Of a stretch of DNA of 64,000 nucleotides, positions 62,616-64,000 are shown piece by piece. The stretch's first letter is position 1. Every line of letters begins with the position of its first letter. The stretch is from contig NC_057756.1 of assembly GCF_004010195.1 (NCBI RefSeq), forward strand, positions 343,805 to 407,804, written 5' to 3'. The stretch comes from Chiloscyllium plagiosum (taxonomy: Eukaryota). The notes below the pieces were generated by a model. It did no database searches and had not been told where the DNA came from. It saw nothing but the letters and a program-made list of their open reading frames with translations. The position numbers were made by a program, and so were the translations under genes.

Positions 62616-64000
62616 GTAAATTTAAGGTGGTGTGAAACTTGACTAAATGAAGGTAAGTGGAACTGTAGACTAGCCTTTGAGTAGAATCAATGCCTGTCCA
62701 GTTTGGAATAGAGACTTCGAAAGCACACAAAGGATAAATTATACAATAAGTTGTTATATTAATTAAGATTGCAAAGATATGAAAGGTTTAACAGAGGACT
62801 TGGGAGCAACAAATTTGACAATTTAAGCTCAGAAGGAACTGAGAGATCTCAAATTATTGCAATGTTGTCATTTTTGCATGCCTGATGGACAAGATTCACA
62901 AGGCACATTGAATGGAATGATCTTTGGGTTAATTGCTTTTGAGTTCATTACAGATTCAGGAATGGCTGGAGTCCAGAACCAGGGATTGCAAGATAGGAAA
63001 TATACCATTTAGGACAAAAATAAGACGAAAGGTATTCCCCAACAGGAATGGTGATTCCTTTGAGTTCTCTGCCCCAGAAAGTGTTTGAAGCCAAGACATT
63101 GAATATTTTCAAGTATGGAATAGATAATTATCTGAGGGTGAAAGGGATGAAAGGATATTGGAAGAAAACTCGAAGCAGGGTATTGAATTGTACAGTCAGG
63201 GATGATATTATTGAATAGAGAAGCAGGTTCGGAGGGCCGAATAGACTCTTGCTGCTCGTCCGTTCTATGCCTTTCTGTTTCGTTGAGATGGCGCTTCAAA
63301 CCATCAGCAACTGATTATCTTGAGTTGCTGCATTACTTTTGCTGTTTCAGTCAGGTTGCTGGAATTGTCAGTGAAAACTACTGCTTTCAGTCTCTGTGGA
63401 AGTTTGGGATGCTCTGTTGCTTGATGAAGGTGAGGGGTAATGTTTTCTTGCAGAGTGGTGCATGTATGGAAGGAGCAGCCAGAAGAATCATGAATGTGGG
63501 TACAATTGCAACATTTAAAAGGTATCCGAATGAGAAATGAATAGGAAAGCTTGAAAGGGATATGAGCCAAATGATAGCAAATGGGTTCAGATCGGTTAGA
63601 GATGATTGGACGGTGTGTATGACATGGACCGAAGGGTCTGTTTCCATAACGGCTAACTATATGACTCTGTGATTTCTGCACTCCGTTGCTCACAAGGATT
63701 GTTCTGTTTTCGTGTCACTAAGCTTTCTCTTTGGCATTTTCCTATGGTGTGTAGGATGTGAATTATGTCAGGGACTGTCTCTCTTGTGGCAATATAGTTT
63801 CATAAACAAGTCAGAAGTAAGAATGATATAACTTTAAAATTCCTCTGGGAATCTGAAAGATTATAAAATAGTGTCACTAACAACGTTAATGCCATGTTTA
63901 CTTCACAGGTTTTGACTTCTTCACCACGGAACAGCTCCTTCATGCGTAAAATGCTGGAATTGTTTACCATTGTAGATAAAGTCTATTACATCACTATTGC

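Overview
Repeat-rich vertebrate genomic DNA, not prokaryotic. The HE1-type tRNA SINEs, CR1/HER1-type LINEs and a GPR139-like receptor point to a shark (inference). Two convergent host genes can be assembled by hand. (1) A + strand two-domain Ly6/uPAR (three-finger, PLA2-inhibitor/PINLYP-like) gene with five phase-1 coding exons at 10159-27390 and an unresolved C-terminus. (2) A - strand two-exon orphan class A GPCR (GPR139/142-like, 324 aa) at 43854-47574 with a GC splice donor. Between them lies a defective class I endogenous retrovirus (about 34300-40220, - strand). It has one LTR, a tRNA-Pro-like PBS, a palindrome-rich repetitive leader, HERV-I/IP-like gag/pro/pol remnants and two diverged RNase H modules in tandem. 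The rest is CR1 and Rex1-like LINE debris, SINEs, Penelope-like elements, a TA-flanked MITE, solo LTRs, a tRNA-Leu(AAG) pseudogene, simple repeats and three assembly gaps. The most notable non-genic signal is a family of 130-220 bp non-coding inserts carrying a minimal hammerhead-ribozyme core (CTGAnGA-A-GGGC-loop-GCCC-GAAAC-GTC). Several occur as inverted pairs with 13-16 bp target-site duplications. All family assignments come from recalled motifs, not database searches; repeat boundaries without TSDs are approximate.
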